Shown: piece after piece, positions 14,476-23,024 of the stretch | Position numbering within the stretch: the stretch's first letter is position 1 | Layout: each line of letters starts with the position of its first letter | From: an uncultured archaeon | GTDB lineage: Archaea > Asgardarchaeota > Thorarchaeia > Thorarchaeales > Thorarchaeaceae | Length of the DNA stretch: 32,000 nucleotides | NCBI GenBank assembly: GCA_964354495.1 | Contig: CAYHAA010000003.1 | Coordinates: 28,606 to 60,605, forward strand | Reading direction: 5' to 3' | The notes under the pieces: model-generated | What the model saw: only the letters and a program-made list of their open reading frames with translations | Database searches by the model: none | What the model was told of the DNA's origin: nothing | Translations under genes and position numbers: made by a program

Positions 14476-16410
14476 TCATACGATTCCCGTAATCAAGAGA
14501 ATTCGCTGTAGGATGCCACCCAGTACCACTGCCAGGGTGATCTCGACAACGCAGATCAGTGCGGTTCTCCTGTATCCGACCTCCTTGCCTAAGGCGGCGA
14601 GGGTAGCCAGACAGGGAATGTACACCATCACAACGAAAGCGAAGACTATCATCTGTACGGGAGTCAAGACCAAGGCAAAGTTGGTCGTGCCCATCAGTGC
14701 TGCCAGCATTATCAGAGTCAGCTCCTTCCGAAGGACACCAAAGATGAGAACAACTCCAGTGGCTGCAGGCAGACCCAGCCAGATCACTGTCACCGGGCTA
14801 ATCGATGACTCAATGACCGTCAACAGGCCAGCTGCATCTATCAACTGGATGACTAGGTTGCCGACAATGATTATTGGGAATGCAGTGAAGACGAATTCCC
14901 TCAGGTTCGTCCATGCCTTACGGAGTGTGGCGACGACAGTTGGCCTGCGATAGCTTGGCATGTCCATTATCAGTCCCGAAGTCTCTCCGGGAAGTAGCCT
15001 GAATGCCACCCGACCCAGAGCTAGCACCAAGGCGATGTCAATCAGATAGAGGAGAATGGCCCATCCGAATCCAACGTAGACCGCGACGAGACCCATGATG
15101 ACGATGCTTCGAGCGGTACAAGGAACCAGACTGGCAGAGAACGCACAGATTAGCCTCTCACGCTTGGTTTCCAATATGCGGCAGCCAAGACATCCTGGCA
15201 CGTTGCACCCAAATCCCAGCATGAGCGGAATGAATCCCTTCCCATGCATTCCTATCTTGTGCATCGATGTGTCCATCAGGAAAGCGATTCTCGACAGGTA
15301 GCCGGTGTCCTCGAGCAACGATAGTGCAATGTAGAACGGGGCAATGTAGGGTAATGCAACCGTCGCCCCCGCCACAACTCCTTCAACCAGACCGAGCCAG
15401 ACGAATGCAGCAACATCACCTGTGAACGCAAGATCGTACCACGTCTTCAGGACTGAGAACGAACCCCCAAGCACCCCGGAAAGGAAGTCGCCGAGCATGA
15501 ACACTGAATAGAACATGAGCAGCAGCGTGGCAGCCATTAGCAGATAGCCGAACACCGGATGGAGCGCGAGTCGGTCTACATCTCTCCGCGGCGAGGCTGC
15601 ATCGTCATTCAAGGTGGTGAACGTGGAAGCGAGTTCTGCAGCGACTCTGAAGCGTTCTGTTGTGAGTACAGCTGATGAGTCTTGCCCGTAGATCCGTTGA
15701 ATCTCAGCCTTAATTCTCTCTACGACGGGTTCGACTGCCTGCTTCTTCTCATGCACCATCTGCGTCACGTACGGGTCGTCCTCGAGCAACATGAGGGCCA
15801 TCCATCGCTTCGGATGAGGAAAATCAACATCGTCAAGCAATGCGACCAGCTCGCCGATTCTGTTCTCAATCTCGGTGCTGTACTTCACAGTCACTGGCGA
15901 TTTGGAGCCCGCATGCCGCACACGAATTGCTTCTCGAACAAGAGCAAGCAGACCCATGTTCCTTGTTCCGATAGTTGGAATCACAGGCACTCCAAGACGC
16001 CTTGAGAGTCCGGCCGCATCCACACGTAGACCCTTCCTTTCGGCCAGGTCTACTTGATTGAGCCCAATGACCATCACTTGTTGAAGTTCAAGAAGCTGTA
16101 TTGTCAGAGAGAGGCTCCTCTCAAGAGAGGATGCATCTACAACGTTTATCACAACCTCTGTCTGTCCGGATATGATGTGTTCTCTTGTTATGGATTCTTC
16201 AAGAGCCTTGGACGTGAGACCGTACGTCCCAGGGAGATCCACCACGTCAATAGTTTCCCCTCCAAGATGAAGTGTTCCTTCCGCTCTCTCGACAGTCTTG
16301 CCCGGCCAGTTGCTCACATGTTGGTGTAGCCCAGTCAGCTCGTTGAATATCGTGCTCTTGCCGACATTCGGATTCCCTGCCAGTCCCACTCTTATCGGAT
16401 GAGTGCTCAC
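14476..16410 (-). CDS. feoB: Ferrous iron transport protein B
   Basis: GNPNVGKST, NWPGKTVE, DLPGTY, VVDAS.LER G-domain motifs; LEDTGYLSRIAFLMD, LGFGCNVP, VPCTAR, FVVMVYIPCLAT membrane motifs. Confidence 0.97.
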   Translation of the reverse strand: MSTHPIRVGLAGNPNVGKSTIFNELTGLHQHVSNWPGKTVERAEGTLHLGGETIDVVDLPGTYGLTSKALEESITREHIISGQTEVVINVVDASSLERSLSLTIQLLELQQVMVIGLNQVDLAERKGLRVDAAGLSRRLGVPVIPTIGTRNMGLLALVREAIRVRHAGSKSPVTVKYSTEIENRIGELVALLDDVDFPHPKRWMALMLLEDDPYVTQMVHEKKQAVEPVVERIKAEIQRIYGQDSSAVLTTERFRVAAELASTFTTLNDDAASPRRDVDRLALHPVFGYLLMAATLLLMFYSVFMLGDFLSGVLGGSFSVLKTWYDLAFTGDVAAFVWLGLVEGVVAGATVALPYIAPFYIALSLLEDTGYLSRIAFLMDTSMHKIGMHGKGFIPLMLGFGCNVPGCLGCRILETKRERLICAFSASLVPCTARSIVIMGLVAVYVGFGWAILLYLIDIALVLALGRVAFRLLPGETSGLIMDMPSYRRPTVVATLRKAWTNLREFVFTAFPIIIVGNLVIQLIDAAGLLTVIESSISPVTVIWLGLPAATGVVLIFGVLRKELTLIMLAALMGTTNFALVLTPVQMIVFAFVVMVYIPCLATLAALGKEVGYRRTALICVVEITLAVVLGGILQRILLITGIV

Positions 16411-17177
16411 CCTCTGCTCCCCCGTCTTCTGCGACGACTATGCGGACCCGGCTGAGAGGGGTGTTGACAGGTGCCCAGATCCTCTATCTCAACAAAGACT
16501 GATTCGGCTTGGCTTCTCCCTAATGCAATCGTGGAGCCCCGCAGCGCGATCTCGATGGGCCCCCTGAGCGGAGCAGCGTTGGCGACTCTGATGTGCGTAC
16601 CGGGTGTGATTCCAACAGATAGGAGCCGTTCGCACACTCCCTTGCCGCCCCTGACGAATGCGATGTCAGCTTCGTCCCCGACCCGCAGATTTGAGAGCTG
16701 AGTGACGAGTCTAGGGTTCTTTGTTTCTTCTAATCTAGCCTTCGTGCACTGTCCGCAGTCTTCCACGTCCAGATTACATGGTGGAATCGGGTTATTGTCA
16801 TCAGGGCATGTGTCAGGTTGGTCAAGTGCCCTGCACAACGCGTTGGCAACATCGTCTGATAGAGCATGTTCGAGTCTGCATGCTTCGTCATGTACATTCT
16901 CTGTTTTCAGCTTGAGCACGTCGTGAAGGAAGCGTTCAAGGAGCCGGTGCTTCCTGACGATCTTCTGAGCGTCTACCATACCTCTTGCGGTGAGCCTTGC
17001 TCCCTTGTATGGCTCGTATTCAAGCAGTCCCTCTGCAGCCAGCTTCTGGATCATCTCGGTCACGCTTGCAGGTGCTACTCCTAGTACCTCGGCAAGCTCT
17101 TTGGTCTTAGCAGGCTCACCGCCCTCGTTGAACCTGTAGACCGCCTCAAGATACTCTTCAACGCTCTGGCTACTCAT
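16407..17177 (-). CDS. DtxR/MntR-family metal-dependent regulator fused to a complete FeoA domain
   Basis: EEYLEAVY...LAEVLGVAPASVTEMIQKLA..GL..YEPYKG..LT, RKHRLLERFL, EACRLEH; C-terminal RLLSVGITPGT.IRV...APLRGPIEI..RGS.IALGR. Overlaps the feoB start by 4 nt (GTGA). Confidence 0.92.
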   Translation of the reverse strand: MSSQSVEEYLEAVYRFNEGGEPAKTKELAEVLGVAPASVTEMIQKLAAEGLLEYEPYKGARLTARGMVDAQKIVRKHRLLERFLHDVLKLKTENVHDEACRLEHALSDDVANALCRALDQPDTCPDDNNPIPPCNLDVEDCGQCTKARLEETKNPRLVTQLSNLRVGDEADIAFVRGGKGVCERLLSVGITPGTHIRVANAAPLRGPIEIALRGSTIALGRSQAESVFVEIEDLGTCQHPSQPGPHSRRRRRGSRG

Positions 17178-17189
17178 AGTTATAGTGAT

Positions 17190-17231
17190 TTAGGACAACC
17201 TAACTATTTATAGATGTTTAGGTCAGCCTAA
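17190..17231. promoter_or_regulatory. Two DtxR/IdeR-type operators flanking the TATA box of the dtxR-feoA/feoB operon
   Basis: TTAGGACAACCTAA (17190-17203) and TTAGGTCAGCCTAA (17218-17231). TATAAATA on the minus strand at 17205-17212, 28-35 nt upstream of ATG 17177. Confidence 0.85.
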
Positions 17232-17356
17232 TTCTTGACCGGTACCAGCCGGTCGAGTACAGCCTTAATCTGTGCAGTCAAGTAGCCCCAGAAACAAGTC
17301 GTCATAACAATACTCAGACAAGCAATACTGAAAACCAAGGAGTGCAAACTACAAAC

Positions 17357-17965
17357 ATGGTATCCAGCAAGTCAGACCACGTTTCAATGGCTGTCTGGTG
17401 TGCGCTCATTCCACCAGACGAGCTAGAACGATTCTCCGAGCATGAGGATGACCTGCGGAGTGTGAGTGACGCATATGAGGACTGGCTGGTATCTATGAGG
17501 GGAAAGTCCTCTGTTGGTGCGGACGTGGGTATGTTGCTGGATCGGATTCGTATTCTGATGATTGACATTGGAATAGCCTGTGCGATGAACCGTGCTCTGG
17601 CTGAAGAGGTGCAGGCAGTCGTTGCGGAGTATCTACGAAGAGGAGCTCTCATGATGGTTGACCAACTTCCCAGTGACTCCGTGGAGAGAACAGCTGTCAG
17701 AAAGACCTTGACAGCATTCTTCAGCGGTCTAAAGTTCACGAGAGATATATTCCCCGAGGAGGATGTGAAGGGTGTCATTCCCACGAAGGTGTCCGTGCCA
17801 GCGGGCTCATCAAAGGGCAGCAAAGGTCGGCGCGTTAAGGCAAAATCAAAGACCAGCAAAGTAGACAATGAGCAGACCCTACAGACAGCCCTCTTGGAGA
17901 GTTCCAACATTCTGAAGAGACTCTACATGCGTCTTCTGAGCCCGGACCCGTGGGGGACGTACTAG
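17357..17965 (+). CDS. Hypothetical protein
   Basis: Long ORF with helical composition and a Lys/Ser-rich linker. First ATG at 17357 (the ORF track starts at GTG 17342). No family recognised. Confidence 0.6.
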   Translation: MVSSKSDHVSMAVWCALIPPDELERFSEHEDDLRSVSDAYEDWLVSMRGKSSVGADVGMLLDRIRILMIDIGIACAMNRALAEEVQAVVAEYLRRGALMMVDQLPSDSVERTAVRKTLTAFFSGLKFTRDIFPEEDVKGVIPTKVSVPAGSSKGSKGRRVKAKSKTSKVDNEQTLQTALLESSNILKRLYMRLLSPDPWGTY

Positions 17966-17987
17966 GACCGTGAGCGTCACAAGGGAC

Positions 17988-18566
17988 TCAGGCAACTCGT
18001 ACAATTCGCCCCTCATGTTTCTGAAACTGTACCTCTGTTCTCTTCACAACACGCCAGTCTGTAATATGCAGAACCACGTGCATCTGGTCCTCATTCACAG
18101 CAATCTCGATGAAGCTTGCATCAGTTCTGCCACCCCAGCCTCCTGTTGCACCGCTGATCGTTCCTGGATTGAGGAAGAGCCGGTCTCTATGGAGGTCGAT
18201 GGCGGCCTTGTGAGTATGCCCATGAACAGCAACATCGCCACCAATCTGCTGCAGGACCTCCCAGAGTTGTTCGAGATTCCCTCGTGGGCTAAGCTGTGTG
18301 CCATGGATGAGAAGGACATTGAAGTCGTCTAGTTGTATCTTCTCGTGGAAGTTGTATGCGCTATTGTAGTCCATATTCCCTGTGACAATGAAACTTCTGG
18401 GAAGGGGTGGCAAGGCAGCCCTCATATCAGACTCCTTCACCAGGTCTCCAGTAATCAGGGTCATGTCGTAATCTGTGTTCTTGATGTGCTCGTAGAACTC
18501 ACAGGGGACTGCGTCTCTTCGCGAAGGAATATGCGCATCCCCGAACACTAACACTCTGTAGGTCAT
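17988..18566 (-). CDS. Metallophosphoesterase-fold protein, Vps29/MJ0936 family
   Basis: VFGDAHIPSR, ITGDL, VTGNMD, IHGTQLSPRGN, HGHTH, FLNPGTISGA, ASF align colinearly with eukaryotic Vps29 (LGDLHIPHR, HGHQVIPWGD, SGHTH, YINPGSATGA, PSF). Confidence 0.85.
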   Translation of the reverse strand: MTYRVLVFGDAHIPSRRDAVPCEFYEHIKNTDYDMTLITGDLVKESDMRAALPPLPRSFIVTGNMDYNSAYNFHEKIQLDDFNVLLIHGTQLSPRGNLEQLWEVLQQIGGDVAVHGHTHKAAIDLHRDRLFLNPGTISGATGGWGGRTDASFIEIAVNEDQMHVVLHITDWRVVKRTEVQFQKHEGRIVRVA

Positions 18567-20851
18567 CGGCCTCGTGCTCTGTTGAGGTTCTCCAAGATCT
18601 TTTCGTAGATTGCCTTCTTAGGGCCTTTGGTCAGTTTCGAGAGTCGCTCCACTATGAGTTCTGGAGTACTTCGAGCTACTTTGCCGAATCGCGGTGTTCG
18701 GTCCACAATCAGATCCAGATTCTCGTCAAGACCACGTGCCTCAATCCCATCTATCCTGATGGGCACTGGAGTCACCTCTTGAATCTCCCTCGCCAAGTGA
18801 GTGCATATTACCGTTGAAGTCTTGGGGTCACTCTGAAGAATCTCAATCAGACCGGCTATGACATTCGCTGCACTACCAGGCTCTGTTATCGCTTCTATTT
18901 CATCAAAGAGAGCCAGTTTTGACTTGTTTGACACAACAATCTCTGCAAACTGTTTGAGCGTTGTTTCGAATGCGCCAGCGTTGATCATCCCGCGACTCTT
19001 GTAGAAGAAATAGAGCTCCTCAAAGACTGGAATGTATGCCTGTTTTGCAGGTACAGGGAAACCGGACTGCCCCATCGTGACTATCTGGGCTAGCGTCTGA
19101 ATTGTCGTGGTCTTCCCACCGCTGTTTGCCCCTGAGAGAAGTGCGCAGTTCTCACCCTTTGTCCCAGCAGGTTGGAAGGGTGTCTTACCAATACTGTAGT
19201 CGATTGGCTGCACCTTCCCGTGTTTGCCCTTCAGGTAGGCCTCGGTAAGAAAGAGGTTAGTTGCTCCCTGAACTCCGACTCCAGTGTATTCCAGAGATAT
19301 CTTTGGAATATTTAATTCATAGTCATGAGCGAACAGACCCACGGCAAGGAACAGGTCGAACTCAAGAAGGGTCTGAACAGCATTCGTGACTGCATCTCGC
19401 ATCTTATCAAGGTCGTTAGCTATCTTCTTGATTAGACTGAACTGCTTTTCTGCAAAGACACGCCTCAGCTTGTCTTCAAGGTCGTTAATCTGCGTCGTGA
19501 CCATCTTGACTGGAAGAGAGATCTCTTCACTGATTATTCCCGCCACCCAATCAGCCTCACGGGCTGTGAGACCTAGCATCTGCGCAAGTTTGTCCTCTGC
19601 TTCCTGAGTGGTGGCTGTGAAGGTCTCGACAACCTCAGCAGGCAGCATGTTTCTGAGCGAACTCCCCTCAGCACCCTCCATGTCTGCTGATTGAAGGATA
19701 CTGATTATCTGTTGGCCGCCGAGAGTCACATGACTCTTGGAGATTCGTGAGGTGATCTCTTCATTCAACCATGCCTCTGTTTCTGCGGTTGCAGTGGGAA
19801 ATGCCTTCACTGCCTTGCGATACCTGTCTATCTCCGGGTCTATCCCCTGTGCCAGATCACCATTCTCATCCAAGTTCTTGAGAAGCTCACCAACTCTGCT
19901 GAGGCCCTCGAAGTCGAGTCCCGATGAGAAGCTTTCCATCGAGATGTTCGTAGGAAGACTACCAAATAGCCCAGCCAGCTTGCATGATGCATCGATGACA
20001 CGATAGTTACGAGCATAGAAGCTTATGGTCAGCTCGGGCAACACATCCTCTATGGACCAGTCCTTACCAAGAATCTCAACGTTGTCGAGCATGTCCATGG
20101 ACTCGTCATAGGCGCCAAGCGGTGAGATGAAGAGGACAAGGTCGTACCCCTGTGCATAGTCTGCCCCACCTTCACCCTCTGATAAAACATAGACGGGGCA
20201 CCATTTGTCGACGCCCTCATTCACCAGTCTGTCAAAGGCTTTGGCATCATTTGTGATTATGACGCGACCTTCAATCCGGCGAGACTTTGCTCGTCTATAG
20301 AGACCCCGAACTTGCGATAGGAGCTCCTTCAGTGTCGCACGTTGCTCAGGGGTCAGGCCACGTGCAGTGGCCGTAGCGTCAGCAAAATACTTCTGGCGTT
20401 CGAGGATTGTATCCAGTTTATCGGGAGGCAATGGAAAATAGAGGAACAACTTGTCCTTTCCATAGTTTGTGTTGGCGTAACCCTGCATAATCTCAAGTAT
20501 GCTCTCGAAAATCTTACGAATGTCTGCACTTCGCAACAGCATATTGGAGTTGACGCCAAACTGCTGCTCAAAGGCGCCCTTTACAATGTTGACAGCCTGC
20601 TTAGACCCAATGCCGGGCACTGCAGCCACCAAGTCGACACGGGAGTCACGTATCACTTTGAGGGCAACTGCTTCGCTCCCGAAGTGTTCAATCAGTGCCT
20701 TCTGGACTTTCTCACCAACACCGGGTATCTGTGAAAGGCTCTCTTTGGTCAATTCGTCAGCCCCCGAATCAGGACTATCTGATTTGCGATGATTGTAACT
20801 CTCTTTAAAGTCTTGACTCTCCGGCTCAATGAGACTTACTATACGTTCCAT
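18563..20851 (-). CDS. Archaeal MutS-like ATPase (MutS domain V) with N-terminal helix-hairpin-helix
   Basis: IPGVGEKV and VPGIGSKQA HhH motifs; LLSGANSGGKTT, AGAFETTL, LFDEIEAITEPG, CTHL. No MutS1 mismatch-binding domain recognised. Confidence 0.85.
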   Translation of the reverse strand: MERIVSLIEPESQDFKESYNHRKSDSPDSGADELTKESLSQIPGVGEKVQKALIEHFGSEAVALKVIRDSRVDLVAAVPGIGSKQAVNIVKGAFEQQFGVNSNMLLRSADIRKIFESILEIMQGYANTNYGKDKLFLYFPLPPDKLDTILERQKYFADATATARGLTPEQRATLKELLSQVRGLYRRAKSRRIEGRVIITNDAKAFDRLVNEGVDKWCPVYVLSEGEGGADYAQGYDLVLFISPLGAYDESMDMLDNVEILGKDWSIEDVLPELTISFYARNYRVIDASCKLAGLFGSLPTNISMESFSSGLDFEGLSRVGELLKNLDENGDLAQGIDPEIDRYRKAVKAFPTATAETEAWLNEEITSRISKSHVTLGGQQIISILQSADMEGAEGSSLRNMLPAEVVETFTATTQEAEDKLAQMLGLTAREADWVAGIISEEISLPVKMVTTQINDLEDKLRRVFAEKQFSLIKKIANDLDKMRDAVTNAVQTLLEFDLFLAVGLFAHDYELNIPKISLEYTGVGVQGATNLFLTEAYLKGKHGKVQPIDYSIGKTPFQPAGTKGENCALLSGANSGGKTTTIQTLAQIVTMGQSGFPVPAKQAYIPVFEELYFFYKSRGMINAGAFETTLKQFAEIVVSNKSKLALFDEIEAITEPGSAANVIAGLIEILQSDPKTSTVICTHLAREIQEVTPVPIRIDGIEARGLDENLDLIVDRTPRFGKVARSTPELIVERLSKLTKGPKKAIYEKILENLNRARGR

Positions 20852-21003
20852 GAGATATTGCTCCTGTATACAGTCTGAATGGGCAAGAGCATTGAAGTAC
20901 TCCTATTTTTTGCTCTTCAGGTGTGAATTGATGATGAAGAGAAGCCAAACAGTACTGATTTGAGCTGATGAAGCACAAAACACTGGCAAGATGCTCAATA
21001 TGC

Positions 21004-21885
21004 TCAATATCTGGCTGCGGTCTGAACGGATAGTTCGGTTTCAGGGTCTATATGGACTGTCAGGTGGATATAGGCGGCTTCCTTCTTCAAATCATCTTCC
21101 ACGCGATTTATGATGTCATGAGCTGCTCTGACACTCATAGAGTCATTGACTGTTAGATGAATATCAGCAAGTACGTAGTTGCCTTGCCTGCGGGTCTTCA
21201 AATCATGGAATTCGATGATTCCAGATTTTTGCCTCTCTAACGCTGCTATTATCTTCGCCTCTTCTTCGGTGCACGAGTGATCCATTAGACGCTGTATAGA
21301 CCGAAGCACCAATCCGACACCCATTCGTGCTATCAGCACTGCGACAGCAAGCGCAAGAAAGGCGTCCATGAATTGCCAGCCAGTCACCTCTGCTACAACG
21401 AGACCTATCCATACCCCGACGGTCGAAACTACATCAGAGAGGAGATGTTTTGCATCCCCTTCTAGTGCCATAGAGCCACTCGACTTTGCAGTACGTTTCA
21501 ACAACAGGGATATGATTAGGTTCACTCCTGTGGCGACTACGGATATGAGAATACCAAGATTGATCTCTAGAAGCTCAACATAGACTAGGAGCCTCCCTGC
21601 TGCAGCATAGATGATGAGAAGAGCGGCTGCAATAATAAGGACCCCTTCGAATGCACTTGATACATCCTCGATTTTCTGATGACCGTATTCGTGCGTATCG
21701 TCTGAGGGTTTTTCTGATATGGCGATTGAAAAGAACATAATTCCGGATGCGAGGATATTGACCACTGACTCAAGAGCATCTGACAGCAAAGCTACTGAAT
21801 TTGATACAAAATATGCAATGAGCTTGATACCAAACACAATCAAGCCGCCTAATATGGCGATTAGGGCAGCAGTATTCTTTTTCAT
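21004..21885 (-). CDS. Cation diffusion facilitator family transporter (FieF-like)
   Basis: SVALLSDALES, KPSDDTHEYGHQKIE, ALEGDAKHLLSDV, HDLKTR, H.IINRVE, TVHIDP. The ATG at 21885 has GAGGT upstream. Confidence 0.93.
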   Translation of the reverse strand: MKKNTAALIAILGGLIVFGIKLIAYFVSNSVALLSDALESVVNILASGIMFFSIAISEKPSDDTHEYGHQKIEDVSSAFEGVLIIAAALLIIYAAAGRLLVYVELLEINLGILISVVATGVNLIISLLLKRTAKSSGSMALEGDAKHLLSDVVSTVGVWIGLVVAEVTGWQFMDAFLALAVAVLIARMGVGLVLRSIQRLMDHSCTEEEAKIIAALERQKSGIIEFHDLKTRRQGNYVLADIHLTVNDSMSVRAAHDIINRVEDDLKKEAAYIHLTVHIDPETELSVQTAARY

Positions 21886-21971
21886 ACCTCGACATCGTTC
21901 CAAGCGGTTTTTTTCGTGCTTTTAGGGATTGTTACGTGACCTTGTCAAGATTCGATTGTTATCAAAGACCT

Positions 21972-22985
21972 TCAATAACCACGAGTGAGACCCACAATAT
22001 TGAGAGGAGATTCACCACGGATAAAACGGAGTATGTTCTCGCCTGCAAACTGGAAATACTCATGCTCTGTGGTTTCGGAATAACCTGCTCGATGAGGAGA
22101 AACAACCACGTTATCAAGGTCCTGAAAGGGAATATCTGACGGAGGAGTCGCCTTTCCGCGCCATTTCGGAGGGTACCTCCACCATACATCGAGACCGGCC
22201 CCACGAATTCGATTCTGCTTCAGAGCATCAAACAGGGCCCTCTCGTTGATGATAGGACCTCGTGAGATGTTCACAATGATTGAAGTCGGTTTCATCCAAG
22301 AGATGAAAGTACTGTCAACAAGCCCCTCTGATTCATGAGTGAGAGGCAAGGAGAGAATGATAAAATCTGAAGACTCCACAAGAGGGCGCACCTTGTCAAT
22401 CTGTACTAGTCTATCAACTAATCCAGCATGCTGAGAGACCCCGCTTCTTGTCGCTGCGTAGATCTCCACATCGAATGCTCTCAGTCGTCTTGCGATTTCA
22501 GCACCAATACTACCAAGGCCGATTATGAGACAGGTCTTGCGGCGAATCTCGATATTTGGATTAGGACCGCCAAAGGCATACACCCAGTCGCCCTTTCGAA
22601 GCTCTCTATCATTTGGAATGATGTTCTTGGCGACTGCAAGCAGTAGTGTGATGGCATACTCGGCCACCTCTGCCGCATTGATATGTGAGTTGCAGAGAAT
22701 AATACCTCCATGCGACTTGACTGCCTCGAGGTCAATTTTCTCGATGCCCGTGGAAAATGTCTGTATCATTCTGAGTCTGGAGGCTGCCTCTATGTACTCA
22801 CGTGAGACACGATTTGATGCGAGAATGTCCGCATCTCTTCCCACCTTCAACATGGACTCTAGTGTCCCATCAGTCGGGACAACTTCTGCAACATCATGTA
22901 GGAGATTGCGGAGTATCTGGATGTTTTCATGACTCGAAGAGACTAGAACCTTCAACACATACACATCCAAAGAAATGATTCCCAA
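21972..22985 (-). CDS. D-isomer-specific 2-hydroxyacid dehydrogenase
   Basis: IIGLGSIGAEIA, LSLPLTHESEGLV, IVNISRGPIINERALFDAL, AGLDVW, VSPHRAG. Exact start uncertain. Confidence 0.92.
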   Translation of the reverse strand: MGIISLDVYVLKVLVSSSHENIQILRNLLHDVAEVVPTDGTLESMLKVGRDADILASNRVSREYIEAASRLRMIQTFSTGIEKIDLEAVKSHGGIILCNSHINAAEVAEYAITLLLAVAKNIIPNDRELRKGDWVYAFGGPNPNIEIRRKTCLIIGLGSIGAEIARRLRAFDVEIYAATRSGVSQHAGLVDRLVQIDKVRPLVESSDFIILSLPLTHESEGLVDSTFISWMKPTSIIVNISRGPIINERALFDALKQNRIRGAGLDVWWRYPPKWRGKATPPSDIPFQDLDNVVVSPHRAGYSETTEHEYFQFAGENILRFIRGESPLNIVGLTRGY

Positions 22986-23024
22986 GAGCTCTCTTGAGCT
23001 CTTGGGTCTATAGCAATCAGTCGC

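Noticed and set aside
17314-17910. 198-aa minus-strand ORF
   Set aside because: Antisense to the 17357-17965 ORF, with Ser/Thr-rich shadow composition.
20991-21010. Tandem 9-mer ATGCTCAAT x2 at the CDF stop
   Set aside because: Only two units, probably a slippage duplication; no functional signal.
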